From contig OZ024740.1 in assembly GCA_964016885.1 (NCBI GenBank), positions 133,424,001 through 133,488,000 on the forward strand: DNA of 64,000 nucleotides, in the 5' to 3' direction. The DNA is from Eledone cirrhosa (lineage: Eukaryota). This document shows positions 38,490 through 50,413 of this stretch, in pieces; positions within the stretch are counted from its first letter, which is position 1; each line of letters begins with the position of its first letter. Position numbers and translations under genes: made by a program. The notes beneath the pieces are model-generated. The model did no database searches and was not told the origin of the DNA. It worked only from the letters and a program-made list of their open reading frames with translations.

Positions 38490-38772
38490 GCGTCGTTTGA
38501 ACATTCATTAGGCTGACGCAGATAGTCTCATGGCATGCGAACAAAGGAAATTGAAATTTTAAACATAGTCTACCTTGTGGACCACGCTATTCTTCCATCG
38601 GTGTTGCAGGGCTTGGTTCCAATTGGTGAAGAAACCTTTAGCTTGTTGGTCAAAAAGTTCATCAACAACTGATAGGACGTCATCATCACTGTGATAGAGG
38701 TTCCCATGAAGTGTTTTTTTTTTCATGTTGGGAACAGACGATAATTAGAGGCGGTCAAATCAGGATATTGTC
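38490..38772 (-). pseudogene. mariner transposase C-terminal relic
   Basis: YPDLTASNYRLFP / MKKKTLHGNLYHSDDDV...FFTNWNQALQHRWKNSVVHKVDYV, the YSPDLAPSDY block of D,D34D transposases. Confidence 0.8.
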
Positions 38773-38791
38773 TAAGAAGATGAGAAATGTA

Positions 38792-38833
<42 letters not shown>

Positions 38834-38887
38834 GTTATTCCGGGTTGAATCGGAGGTTCTGGTCCTGTAGAATCTCATCTATATTAA

Positions 38888-38998
<111 letters not shown>

Positions 38999-39359
38999 AA
39001 TAAGTAAATATATATATATATGTATATATAATTTACCATTTTCGTTTTCTTAATATATCGCAATAATTAAACAAGTGTCATATTTTATTTAGTTTGAATA
39101 GGAAATGGTAATATTCATCACGTCTAGAGGGTTTAATAAAAGCCAAATTTGCATAAATAACAATTTGTGATTATTTCTTATGCTGGTTTTGTTTGTTTTG
39201 GAGTTTATTTCTGTTTTTGTTTGCTGATCATAATTATTAGTTTCTTAAATGTGAAACATTTGTTCATATTTTAGTCAATTCTGTATGTCATATTCACAAT
39301 ACATATACAGACACACACGCCCACACATAGGTATACCATATATTTATATAGCATATGTT

Positions 39360-39459
<100 letters not shown>

Positions 39460-40315
39460 AATATAATTTCAGCGAGATCAAATTCCGGCAGTGGTTGAAA
39501 ACAAAGCGAAACGCAATATCCGAGTTATGCTGACAAGCGCTCCATGGACTAAAAAAGGACCAGCGCAATAAACATAGGTTATAAAAGCCAAACAAACTGA
39601 GACGGCGATTAAGAAGCTATCAACCACCTAACCCCCCAAAACGTGGCAAGCCAAACAGGTCAAAACAAAAGAATATATATATAAAACAGTGTCAAGTCAC
39701 AGCCGATTTGTGCTAGATTTGTTTGGAAAGGACTACTTTGATATCTTTTATTCTACCTCCCGCTCCCAGATCATAAGAATTTAATCAAATATCTACCTAT
39801 GTCAAGCTACCTATGTATCCATCTATTCAAAGACGATAATTACATTCAACTTTCTATCTATCTGTCTGATTGTCAACTTAACTGCATGCCCGTCTATTTA
39901 TCTATCTAACTGGATATATGTCAGTCTCTCTATCTATCTTACTGCCTATCAACTTACATGTTTGTTTATCTATCTACCTCTCTACATATCTAGCTGTTTA
40001 TCTATCTATGTACGTATCTATCTATCTGTCTGTCAGTCTATCTGTCTTTCAGCCTCACTATCAATCAATCAATAGTTATCTAATTATGTATAGTTATATA
40101 TGTATCTTCGGACAAGCACAATATTAACAACAAAGCACAAATCCCAATAGCAAACCGATGTATAGATAAAGAGATAGATATATAGATAGCTAGAGAAAGA
40201 AAGTCAAGGAGAGTGAGTCATTGAGAAAGAGAGAGACAGGCAGATACAGACAGAGAGACAGATACTGAATCAGATCAAAGTCGTAATTTATATGTGTGAT
40301 AATGGTTAACAAAAA

Positions 40316-40492
40316 TCGTTTCTACTTTTGGCACAAGACCAGCAATTACCCAGTACATTACTGGCGCTTTATCTTATCGACCCCGTAAGGATGAAAGGCA
40401 AAGTTAACCTCATCGGCATTTGAACTCGGACCGTAAAGGGGTGTAACTAAGCTGCAATGCATGGTGTCCGACCCTCTACTGAAACTGCCATC
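40316..40492 (-). mobile_element. Main-family SINE, antisense
   Basis: Reverse complement matches 14751-14935. Confidence 0.88.
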
Positions 40493-41075
40493 CACAATAA
40501 TGTGGGAGAAAATTATTGGAATTGATCTCAAATGAAATAAGGTCAATGCCGGGGTGAGAGGAGAGAGAAGTTCAAGCAAAATGGAGGATGTAAGCTTCTT
40601 TACATAAAGTTGTATCATCAAGGATTTATTATCTTAAATATATTTTACTTTAAAACCCGTCAATTTTACGGGTACTATGTTTATATAATATATAAATGCG
40701 TTTGGCTGTGTACATATGTATATATGTGTATCAAGACGCATACATAAATATACATACACAAAGACATTTATATATATTGTGTGTGTGTGGGTGTATGTGT
40801 GTGTATGTGTGTGCTTGTGCGCGCACGGGGGTGTGAGCCTGTGTATATATGTATGTATACTAAAAGTAAACTGAAACAAAAAGAGAACAACACAGTGCAT
40901 TAAAGACATATATTACTTTAACGCTTGATATAATAGGGAAATAGTCTTTACGTTTTGGATACTACTCCTTCATTGGAAGATAGAATGAGAATATAATATG
41001 TATTAAAAGAATAAAATGTGAATAGGAAGAAACAGAAACAATGTCTGGAGAAAAAGCACGTGTGTGGTCAGTAAG

Positions 41076-41162
<87 letters not shown>

Positions 41163-41463
41163 TGCATATATAATTTCAACAAATCAAGAACTAATCCCGC
41201 ATTGTTAGAAGTAGAAATATCAGATCATTGCAGTCAAAAATATCTAAGCATCTTTCAGACTATAAGAATGTATTAGCCGAATGTAATCTATAAAGCTCTA
41301 CCTGTATAGCTCACAAAGAATTTTACGGAAAGAGAAAGTGCGACAAATAATGTTGTGCGTGCTATCTCTGTCTTCATTTCCACAATATGCTATGTGATAA
41401 GTAATTCTTCCATCATTAATCGTCGATCGTTTCGGGAATTCTATATATATATTTGGTATCCAT

Positions 41464-41640
41464 TTGGCAGTATCGGTAGAGGGTCGGACGCCATGCTTTC
41501 CAGCATAGTTACGTCCCTTTACGATCTGAGTTCAAATCCCGCCGAGGTTGACTTTGCCTTTCACCCTTACGGGGTCGATAAAATAAAGTACCATTAATGC
41601 ACTGGGTAATTGCTGGCCTTGTGCCTAAAGTAGAAACAAT
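41464..41640 (+). mobile_element. Main-family SINE
   Basis: Near-identical to 14760-14935; ends aaagtagaaacaattatt. Confidence 0.92.
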
Positions 41641-42373
41641 TATTGTATTAGTGTGTGCGTTTATTGTTTTGTGTCGTTTATTAAAGTTGCCCTCTTTTTG
41701 AAGAGCATTGTGAGGTGCTGTAAGTTGGGCGCAAATGGTTGACGTGGAGCCATAAACTCCACAACGGCCATATTCGTTTAGTATCTAATTTATAAATCTC
41801 ATCGGCCGTTTGTAGATTATACTCATGTTTACATGACTTTTGTTTGCTAATGATGACAATGATTTAAATATTAGGGATTTTGTAATATACTATTGGTAGT
41901 CGTTTGTGGCTTCGTATAATATAGTTTTTGTTTTGTCTCATCAGCTTTTTGAAAATGTGTTCTTTTATCTTATAGTTATTATACATTTGATTTTATATTT
42001 ATAATTTTCATAATACGAACGTATGTGTATGGTAGAAAGCATGTTATGCCTGATGGATTTATAGCATAATTCTATGGCTTAGCATTATTATTATTCAACA
42101 TCTAGAACACTAGAAACACCACACATGGCAATGTATGAAACTATATACATTATATGTACGTATAATGAACATACATTTACTCTAGCAATGAGTATGTCAC
42201 GTTGTAATCGTGTCACAGATGACTCCACAACAATCTAAGCGCAGTGAATACCTTTTTCTCTCTTCACTGTAAACATAACTTAATCTTGCTAAGAGTAAGT
42301 CCTCATACAGAAAATTCTCATAGATTTTGTAAATGGTCTAAACTTGTTAATGCTTATGTACATGGAAAGAAAG

Positions 42374-42431
<58 letters not shown>

Positions 42432-42523
42432 TGTGTGTACATATATCTATATATATATAATAGTAGAACAATGGTGGGTTATATCCGTAGTAGTAGAGCA
42501 TTCAGTCCATGGGACGAGTTTGG

Positions 42524-42823
42524 TAGTAGTAGTTCCACGACAGTAGGTTCACCATACTTGCATATCTGGAGCTTTAATTAAAAAAGGTCCAGATTGACTA
42601 ACATCAACAATCAATAATATTCTGAATAACTAGAATAATTTATTCCGGACATCCAGAGTTATCTCTTTGCATCGATCTATAGTGGAGAAGTGACTGATTC
42701 TGCGCATGCGTATTTGTAAGTTTGTTTTTCGTTTTCCGTACAGCTTCATTCAGACCGAGCAGAGGATCCGAATGAGATGAAAGATTTGTTCTCGGTATGG
42801 AGAACCTACTGTTGTGGAACTAC

Positions 42824-42828
<5 letters not shown>
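42524..42828. mobile_element. MITE-like element with 34-bp TIRs next to (TA)n
   Basis: tagtagtagttccacgacagtaggttcaccatac versus the reverse complement of gtatggagaacctactgttgtggaactacttcta (3 mismatches). Confidence 0.75.
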
Positions 42829-42890
<62 letters not shown>

Positions 42891-42921
42891 TAAAAGAATA
42901 GAGGTGTAACACACAAGTTAT

Positions 42922-44707
42922 TATATATTGGTAAACGGAATAGAAAATGCTGACAAATTGTTCACAGTTGAAAAATGGTTTAATTAGGAATAAAAGAGTA
43001 TTAGTGATTGTATGGGTTAGTATTCAGTTGCGGTTTTAAGTTTTTAAGTTTTTACCGGTTGCGCATTTCTAAATGCTTTTCAAAAATAATTTTGAGATAG
43101 AGTGTTCGTGCTGTTTGCTTTGATCTGATTAGTTTTGGGAATTCTACCTGTTTTTATGTTAAAAAAGTGGCTCCAATTTGCAAAAATTCTTGTGGTCAAA
43201 ACAATTTTGATTGGTCGGTAGAGGTCATGTGAATGTAAAAAATTGATTTTGCGCCAAGACAGTTTTTATGTTAAAAAAGTGGCTCCAGCAAAAATTCTTG
43301 TGGTCAAAACAATTTTGATTGGTCGGTAGAGGTCATGTGAATAAAAAATTGGTTTTCTGCCTACAGGCAGAAATCTGGGACCGCTATGGGAACGAAAACA
43401 GCCCCCACTTATGCCAACCTAGTCATGGGATACCTGGAAATCATCCTCTACACTAAAGTCCTAAACAAATTTGGAAACACCCTCCACTTACACATTGAAA
43501 GGAACTGGAAGCGATATATAGATGACTGTTTCATCCTTTGGCACGAAAACATCGAAAAGCTTAAAGAATTTCACACCCTTATAAATGGGCTCAACACAAA
43601 TATTAACTTCACGATGGAATACAGCCATCAACAACTCCCCTTCCTCGACATCCTCATTAATATCCATAACAAAAAAATAGAAACAGACATATACTACAAG
43701 CCCACAGACTCCAAGCAATATCTCCCCTTCAACTCTTGCCACCTAGACACGTTAAAATTAATATTCCCTACAACTTAGCCAAGAGAATCTGTACTATAGT
43801 CTCCAATAAAAACATCTGCTACTTACGGCTTCAAGAACTAAAGGACACACTCATAGGCAGGGACTACCCTGCATCACTAATTGACAATGGAATCCAACGT
43901 GCCCTAAAACTCAGTACCCAGGACCTTAGACACCTTAAAGTAAATCAACCAAAACTAAAAGCTCTTCCATACATCTCCACACACAACCCCCTCAACAATG
44001 AGGCCTTTGACACCATCCTCCAGAACATCCCTGTATTGAAAAAGGACCATAGAATGAACCAAATTCTACGAACACACGATATCATAAAGAGCAAAAGACA
44101 ATCCAAGTCAATGAAAAACATCTTAACACATGCCAAAGTACTGCCAACCACAACAACGAAACCCACAGTAAAAAAATGCGATAGACCCAACTGTGCCATT
44201 TGCATCAACCTAATAGAGGATTCGGAATTCTATTTCAAAGATGGACAACGTTTTATAGTAAAACACAATTTCACATGTTCATCGGAAAATCTAATATATG
44301 TATTAACTTGCTCAGGTTGTCGAGAACAATACATAGGCCAGACCAAAAACAGCCTCCGCCAACGCATGACTGTCCATAGATCCCAAATCAAAATACGGGA
44401 ATACAGGAAAATACCACTGAGTGAACACATTGATACCTGTGCCGCCCAAAATCATCCCAACTTCAGAATCTTTCCCCTCTACAACTTTAAAGATAATGCC
44501 ACCCACACCCAGCGCATCAGCAAGGAATCTTACTTCATTAACAAATACGGACCCCGTCTAAACACTTCTCCCTAAGACGAATCCACAACATACACACGTC
44601 AACATACATACCTACATCAGCACACATCTCTACCCACATATAAACACAATGTCATACGTAAACACACATGCTCTATGGTGCAACACAAAAAAATATATGT
44701 GCATATA

Positions 44708-44761
<54 letters not shown>

Positions 44762-45255
44762 ATATATGTATGTGTATATATATATAGTGAATATCACTTC
44801 ACACCTTTTTTTGTTAAGATTTTTGATGTTCTATTAAGAGAACCGATTTTACTGAAAAAATCGAATAATGTACACCATTTTACCAGGGGGGAAAAAATAG
44901 TGGTCCACCCACACACACACACACACACATATATATATACACACACACATACACACGCGTACATCAACATAAAAAGAGACTTATATATAAACACACACAC
45001 ACGCACTTCTCCGTATAAGACAAAAGCTGAAAAATATCTTTTGACATGCTAAAATACCCCCCATTGCTTTCAGACACATTCTTACTGACCATCCCTGCCA
45101 CCACGAATTACTCTGCTATACACACACACACACACACACACTTATCTTAATAGCCATTTGACACACATCGCTGCTAACCATTATCACAACATCGAACACC
45201 TTACTACTACTACTATACACACACACACACACACCCACACATACACACACACACA

Positions 45256-45310
<55 letters not shown>

Positions 45311-45778
45311 TTGTTGTGAAAGAGTCATTTCTCAATCTTGGCGCAAAAGCAATTTTTTATTCACATGACCTCTACCGACCAATCAAAATTGTTTTGACCA
45401 CAAGAATTTTTGCTGGAGCCACTTTTTTAACATAAAAACAGTCTTAGCGCAAAATCAATTTTTTACATTCACATGACCTCTACCGACCAATCAAAATTGT
45501 TTTGACCACAAGAATTTTTGCAAATTGGAGCCACTTTTTTAACATAAAAACAGGTAGAATTCCCAAAACTAATCAGATCAGAGCAAACAGCACGAACACT
45601 CTATCTCAAAATTATTTTTGAAAAGCATTTAGAAATGCGCAACGGGTAAAAACTTAAAAACTTAAAACCACAACTGAATACTAACCCATACAATCACTAA
45701 TACTCTTTTATTCCTAATTAAACCATTTTTCAACTGTGAACAATTTGTCAGCATTTTCTATTCCGTTTACCAATATAT
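42922..45778 (+). mobile_element. Penelope-like element (Neptune-like CCHH GIY-YIG), 5'-truncated, with about 430-bp inverted pLTRs (42922-43355 vs 45345-45778)
   Basis: Arms are reverse complements, each with two tandem units of about 105 bp; the RT-EN ORF lies between them. Confidence 0.88.
43386..44575 (+). pseudogene. PLE RT (C-terminal half) plus GIY-YIG endonuclease, one frameshift near 43740
   Basis: MGTKTAPTYANL, RYIDDCF, FTME, LPFLD, YYKPTD, SCH; then C..PNCAIC, FTCSSENLIYVLTCSGC.EQYIGQT..LRQRM..H...EH, E..FI...P.LN. Confidence 0.9.
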
Positions 45779-45804
45779 ATATATATATATATGTATAATT
45801 ATTA

Positions 45805-45841
<37 letters not shown>

Positions 45842-45843
<2 letters not shown>

Positions 45844-46084
45844 AGGTGCATTTTTCTTGCTTTATGTTCATACGAGTTATCACCAAGTCACAAGTAGTGA
45901 CCTCAAGAGACAAAAAGGTCCGCCACGTTCAAGAAAGAACATACATATACACACATGCATCTTTCGGTGTTTAGACTTGTGATGTACTTATATTCACAAA
46001 ATCTTCCTTATTATATGGGCAGTTTCCATTACTACTATCTTTTGTATTTCTTCTATACGCGGGTTTCCTGGGACTTGCAATAAG

Positions 46085-46087
<3 letters not shown>
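45842..46087 (-). mobile_element. R4/Dong-like family A, short 3' fragment with (TAA)n tail (45799-45841)
   Basis: Homologous to 47805-48046. Confidence 0.88.
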
Positions 46088-46134
<47 letters not shown>

Positions 46135-46142
46135 GTTGTTGT

Positions 46143-47765
46143 TCTTTGAGTTTCAGTCATTGATCTTAGTTAACTGGAAAGTTTGTTGAAATGAATATCA
46201 AGCCACTACCTGCAGCCTCAAATATTCAGGACGTATCGGAGGGTTCTTGTTGTTCCCAGCAAGCATGCCTTTTGAAGCGTTCCAAAAAGCGTGGCGGGGC
46301 CAATTTTCTTTAACCATCCCTGGAAACCTTTTGAGATAGTACCTAGTGCGCCTATGGCCATCGGGACCACTTTGACTTCATAGCAGTTCCAAATCCTTTT
46401 TACCTCCCACTTTAAGTCCTGGTATCGGTTAATTTTCTCCCTCTCCTTCTCTTGCACTCTCGTGTCGAATGGGCAGGCCACATCCACAATCAGGCACGAT
46501 TTTTTTCCTTGTCCAAAACCACCAGGTAAGGTCTATTGTGTTCCAGTTTCTTGTCTGTCTGTATCCTAAAATCCCACAGCACCTTCACCTGACGTTTTCT
46601 ATCCCCGACTCTGGCTTATGTTCATACCACTTCTCAGAATGTGGTAAATTGTTTACTTTGCATAGGTACCAGTGGATCAACCTGCCCATCACATCATGTC
46701 ACTAGCCTTTATAGTGAGTCTGGGCTAGGTGTTTACACTCGGATACAATGTGAACCACAGTCTCCTCTCTCTCTCCACAGATCCTGCACAGTGGGCTAGC
46801 CTCTTCTTTGTAACTATGGTATTTCACCCACTTCGTTTTGATGGCCTGCTCTTGCGCAGCCATTAGCATTCCTTCTGTAGCCTTTTTCAAGGTCTCCTCT
46901 TTTCAACCAGTTCCATGTCTGTGGATCTCTGAATTCAGTTTTCTCAAAGAACGTACTATGAAGTGATTTTTCATGGAGACTGCTCTTTCTCCTTGTTGTT
47001 ATTTCCTCCTTGGAGATCCCCTGGTCTATTGTCTTCTCCTTCAGTACAATTCTGAGCATTGGCTCCTTACTATCAGTCACGTATTTGTGTAGGTTGTTTT
47101 TCTCCATTTGAACACAGTCCTCTATGCTGATAAAACCTCTTCCACCTTCAGATCTCCTTAAGTAGATTCTATCGACACCACTCCTCTTGTGGAAGATGTT
47201 GTAGATAGTCAATAGCTTCCTAGTCTTCCTATCCATTTATTTTTGTTCAGCAACATTCCATCTCAGAATCTTCTTCAGTGTCAATTTCCTTTATCATCTC
47301 ACCTGTTGGTACCTGGATTCCGTTGCTTCTGCTCAATTTACCCCTCTTCATCACAATGTCTCCACACTTACTAATACCAAATTGCATACATATATCATTG
47401 CTGAAAATACGACAGTGTCAACAAGCACATCCAACCCCTTCTCACTCTTCCCGAAGAGCTTAAGATCGTCAATGAAGATGAGGTGATTGATGGTAAGCTC
47501 TCCCTTTCCCAACTTGTAACCTGCTCTCACTTCTCGCAGTATAAGGGTCAGGGGCATCAGGGCAGGACAAACAAGAGAGGGGACAGACTATCTCCCTGGA
47601 AGATACCTCTCTTGATCTTCACGCCTCCCAAGGATTCTCCAGCTGATGTTAACTCTGTTTTCCAGGACTTCATACTTTTGCCCAACAACTGTCTGATGTT
47701 ATCTGCCACCTTGAAGATCTCTAGGCTTTTGGTGATCCAAGAATGAGGCACCATGTCAAATGCCA
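46143..47765 (-). mobile_element. R4/Dong-like family B, 5'-truncated and disrupted, tail (TAA)n at 46088-46135
   Basis: ORF pieces 46218-47760 match the C-terminal half of 2595-5987. Confidence 0.92.
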
Positions 47766-47804
47766 AATTATTATTATTATTATTATTATTATCATTATTA
47801 TTAT

Positions 47805-50175
47805 AGTTGCATTTATCTTGCCTTATGTTCATACGAGTTATCACCAAGTCACAACCAGTGACCTCAGGAGACAACAAGGTTCGCCATGTTCAAGAAAGAA
47901 CATACATACACACACATGCATCTTTAGGTGTTTAGACTTTTGATGTAATTATATTGACAGAATCTTCCTTAGTATATGGGCAGTTCCCATTAGTACTATC
48001 TTTTCTATTTCTCCTATACGCGGGTTTACTGGGATTTGCGATAAGTAATCATTAGACACCGTAGGTATCATTCCTAGAGCGCCTACAACCAGTGGTATTG
48101 TTTTAGTTCTCAATTTCCACAATTTTCCAATTTCTATCTCCAGGTCCTTATACTTGCTCAATTTTTCAAATGTTTTTATAGATACATTCTTGTCTATAGA
48201 AACGGACATAGCAATTAGCAGGCATACCCTCTTTTTAAAGTCCTTCAGTATTATATCAGGTCTATTTGCATCTATTTTTCGGTCTGTTTGGATGCTAAAG
48301 TTCCACAAGATTGAGATGTGACCTTTTTCAAGTATGGGAGGTGGTTGATGCTCCCACCAATTCTTTTTATGGGGCAGGTCAAAATGCTTACACATTATCC
48401 AATGTATGTATTGTGCAGCTCTGTCATACCTGTTTAGGTATTCGGTTGGAGCTATAGAACTGCACATTGAAATTATATGATAAATGGTCTCTGGTTGTTT
48501 TTTACATACACGGCATAATGGGTTGCATCCATTTTTTATTATGTTGGCTTGGTAATTTTTGTTTGCAGACACTGATCTTGTGCCGAAATAATCAGTCATT
48601 CAGTCTCCGATTTCAGTCCAGAGATGCCAACCACTGATGGGTTAAAGTTTTGTCAACATCAGGATTGTTAGCTCGCTCTGGGTATTTTCCATACAGAGGC
48701 TTTTCTTGCCATTCCTTAGCCAGTTTCTGTAGCAGTTCTTTCTTCGCAGTTACTTTTACCTGCTTTGCTTTTTCTGTGTTTTCCATTTCAGCAGCAAATG
48801 GGACTTCTGAAATGTGTAGTCCATTACTGTATCTTCTGCATCTTTTGTAATGGAGTATGATCTTTTGATGCTTTCGCGTTTCAAAACGAGTTTGATCATC
48901 CAATCATGTGATTCCCTTAGATATGTAGATAATCCAATTGTTGCAGTTTTCAACGCAATATCTAGCTGGATTAACCCACGTCCTCCTTCTTTCCTAGGGA
49001 GATATATTCTATCTGTATCTGCCTTAGGGTGATGCATTCTGTGCATGGTTAAGAATTTTCTAATTTTTATATCGAGCCTGCGGATCTCTGTGCTCGATCA
49101 GTTGATGACATTGTAACTGTAGGTTACTAGTGGTATGGCATCGAGGCTATCTATTCCTTGCATTCAATTCCAGTAACATTCCTTCCTTATCCTTTCCCTC
49201 ATTGTCGAGTGCTTGATTCCGTCTCCTTCACAAACACCTAGATATTTGTAAGTTTCCTCTTGATCAAGTTCTCTTATCACGTTCCCCCGATCAAGATTAA
49301 TGTCTGAACTTTTCAGCAGCTTTCCTCTGGTGAACGTTGCTTTGGCGCATTTATCTAGTCCAAACTCCATTTTAATGTCATCACTGAACTGCTCCAGAGT
49401 GGATAATAACCCTTGCAATTGTTCATCATGTTTTGCAAATAGTTTCAGGTCATTCATGTAGAACAAGTGATTAATGGTTTTGTCATAGACTTTATATCCA
49501 TGTTTTGTTTCATTGAGCATTTTACTTAATGGTATAAGTGCGATGCAGAATAAAAGCGATGATAAATAGTCACCCTGAAAAATTCCACAATTAATATTAA
49601 CTTCTCCAGCTTCCAGTGATTTTGTTTCACTATTCAAAAGGAGTGTCGTTTTCCACGTCTTCATACTGAATGATAAGAACCTCCTGACAACGGGGGATAT
49701 TTTGAAAATCTCTAAACATTTTTCAATCCAACTGTGTGGCAAACTATCGAATGCTTTTTTATAATCTATCCAAGCAATTGATAGATTTTTGTCTCTATTA
49801 TGACAATCTTCCAGTATCATTTTGTTAACCAAAAGCTGATCCTTACAGCCATATGAGCCTCGTTTACACCCTTTCTGCTATATAGGAAATAGGACATTTG
49901 TTATCAGGTGGTCATATGTATATTCAGTTAGGACTGATGTTAAAATGTTATACATTGTGGTCAAGCAAGTTATCGGTCTGTAATTTTTGGGATTGTTTGT
50001 CTCATCATTCTTCGGAAGCAGAAATGTAATGCCGTTAACTAGCCATGGTATCTTTTCTGGCTCCTTAACTATTTCGTTGTAAAGTTGGGCTAACAGCTCA
50101 TGAGACTGGTATTTTTTCTTTTCCTGGGGATTTCCATTTGTTGGTTTTTCTTAGAGCCAAGCGCAACTGTTCAAC
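47805..50175 (-). mobile_element. R4/Dong-like family A, 5'-truncated and disrupted, tail (TAA)n at 47766-47804
   Basis: [56 protein letters not shown]; clearly diverged from family B. Confidence 0.92.
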
Positions 50176-50186
50176 TATTATTATTA

Positions 50187-50362
50187 TTGGCAGTATCGGT
50201 AGAGGGTCGGACGCCATGCTTTCTAGCATAGTTACGTCCCTTTACGATCTCAGTTCAAATCCCGCCGAGGTTAACTTTGCCTTTCATCCTTACGGGGTCG
50301 ATAAAATAAAGTACCAGTAATGTACTGGGTAATTGCTGGCCTTGCGCCTAACGTAGAAACAA
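50187..50362 (+). mobile_element. Main-family SINE flanked by (TTA)n
   Basis: Near-identical to the other copies; TTA tracts on both sides. Confidence 0.92.
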
Positions 50363-50413
50363 TTATTATTATTATTATTATAAGTAGAAACAATTATTAT
50401 TATTATTGTTATT

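Noticed and set aside
43145-43355. CRISPR-like array
   Set aside because: Only two tandem units inside a PLE pLTR, no spacers, eukaryotic context, no cas genes.
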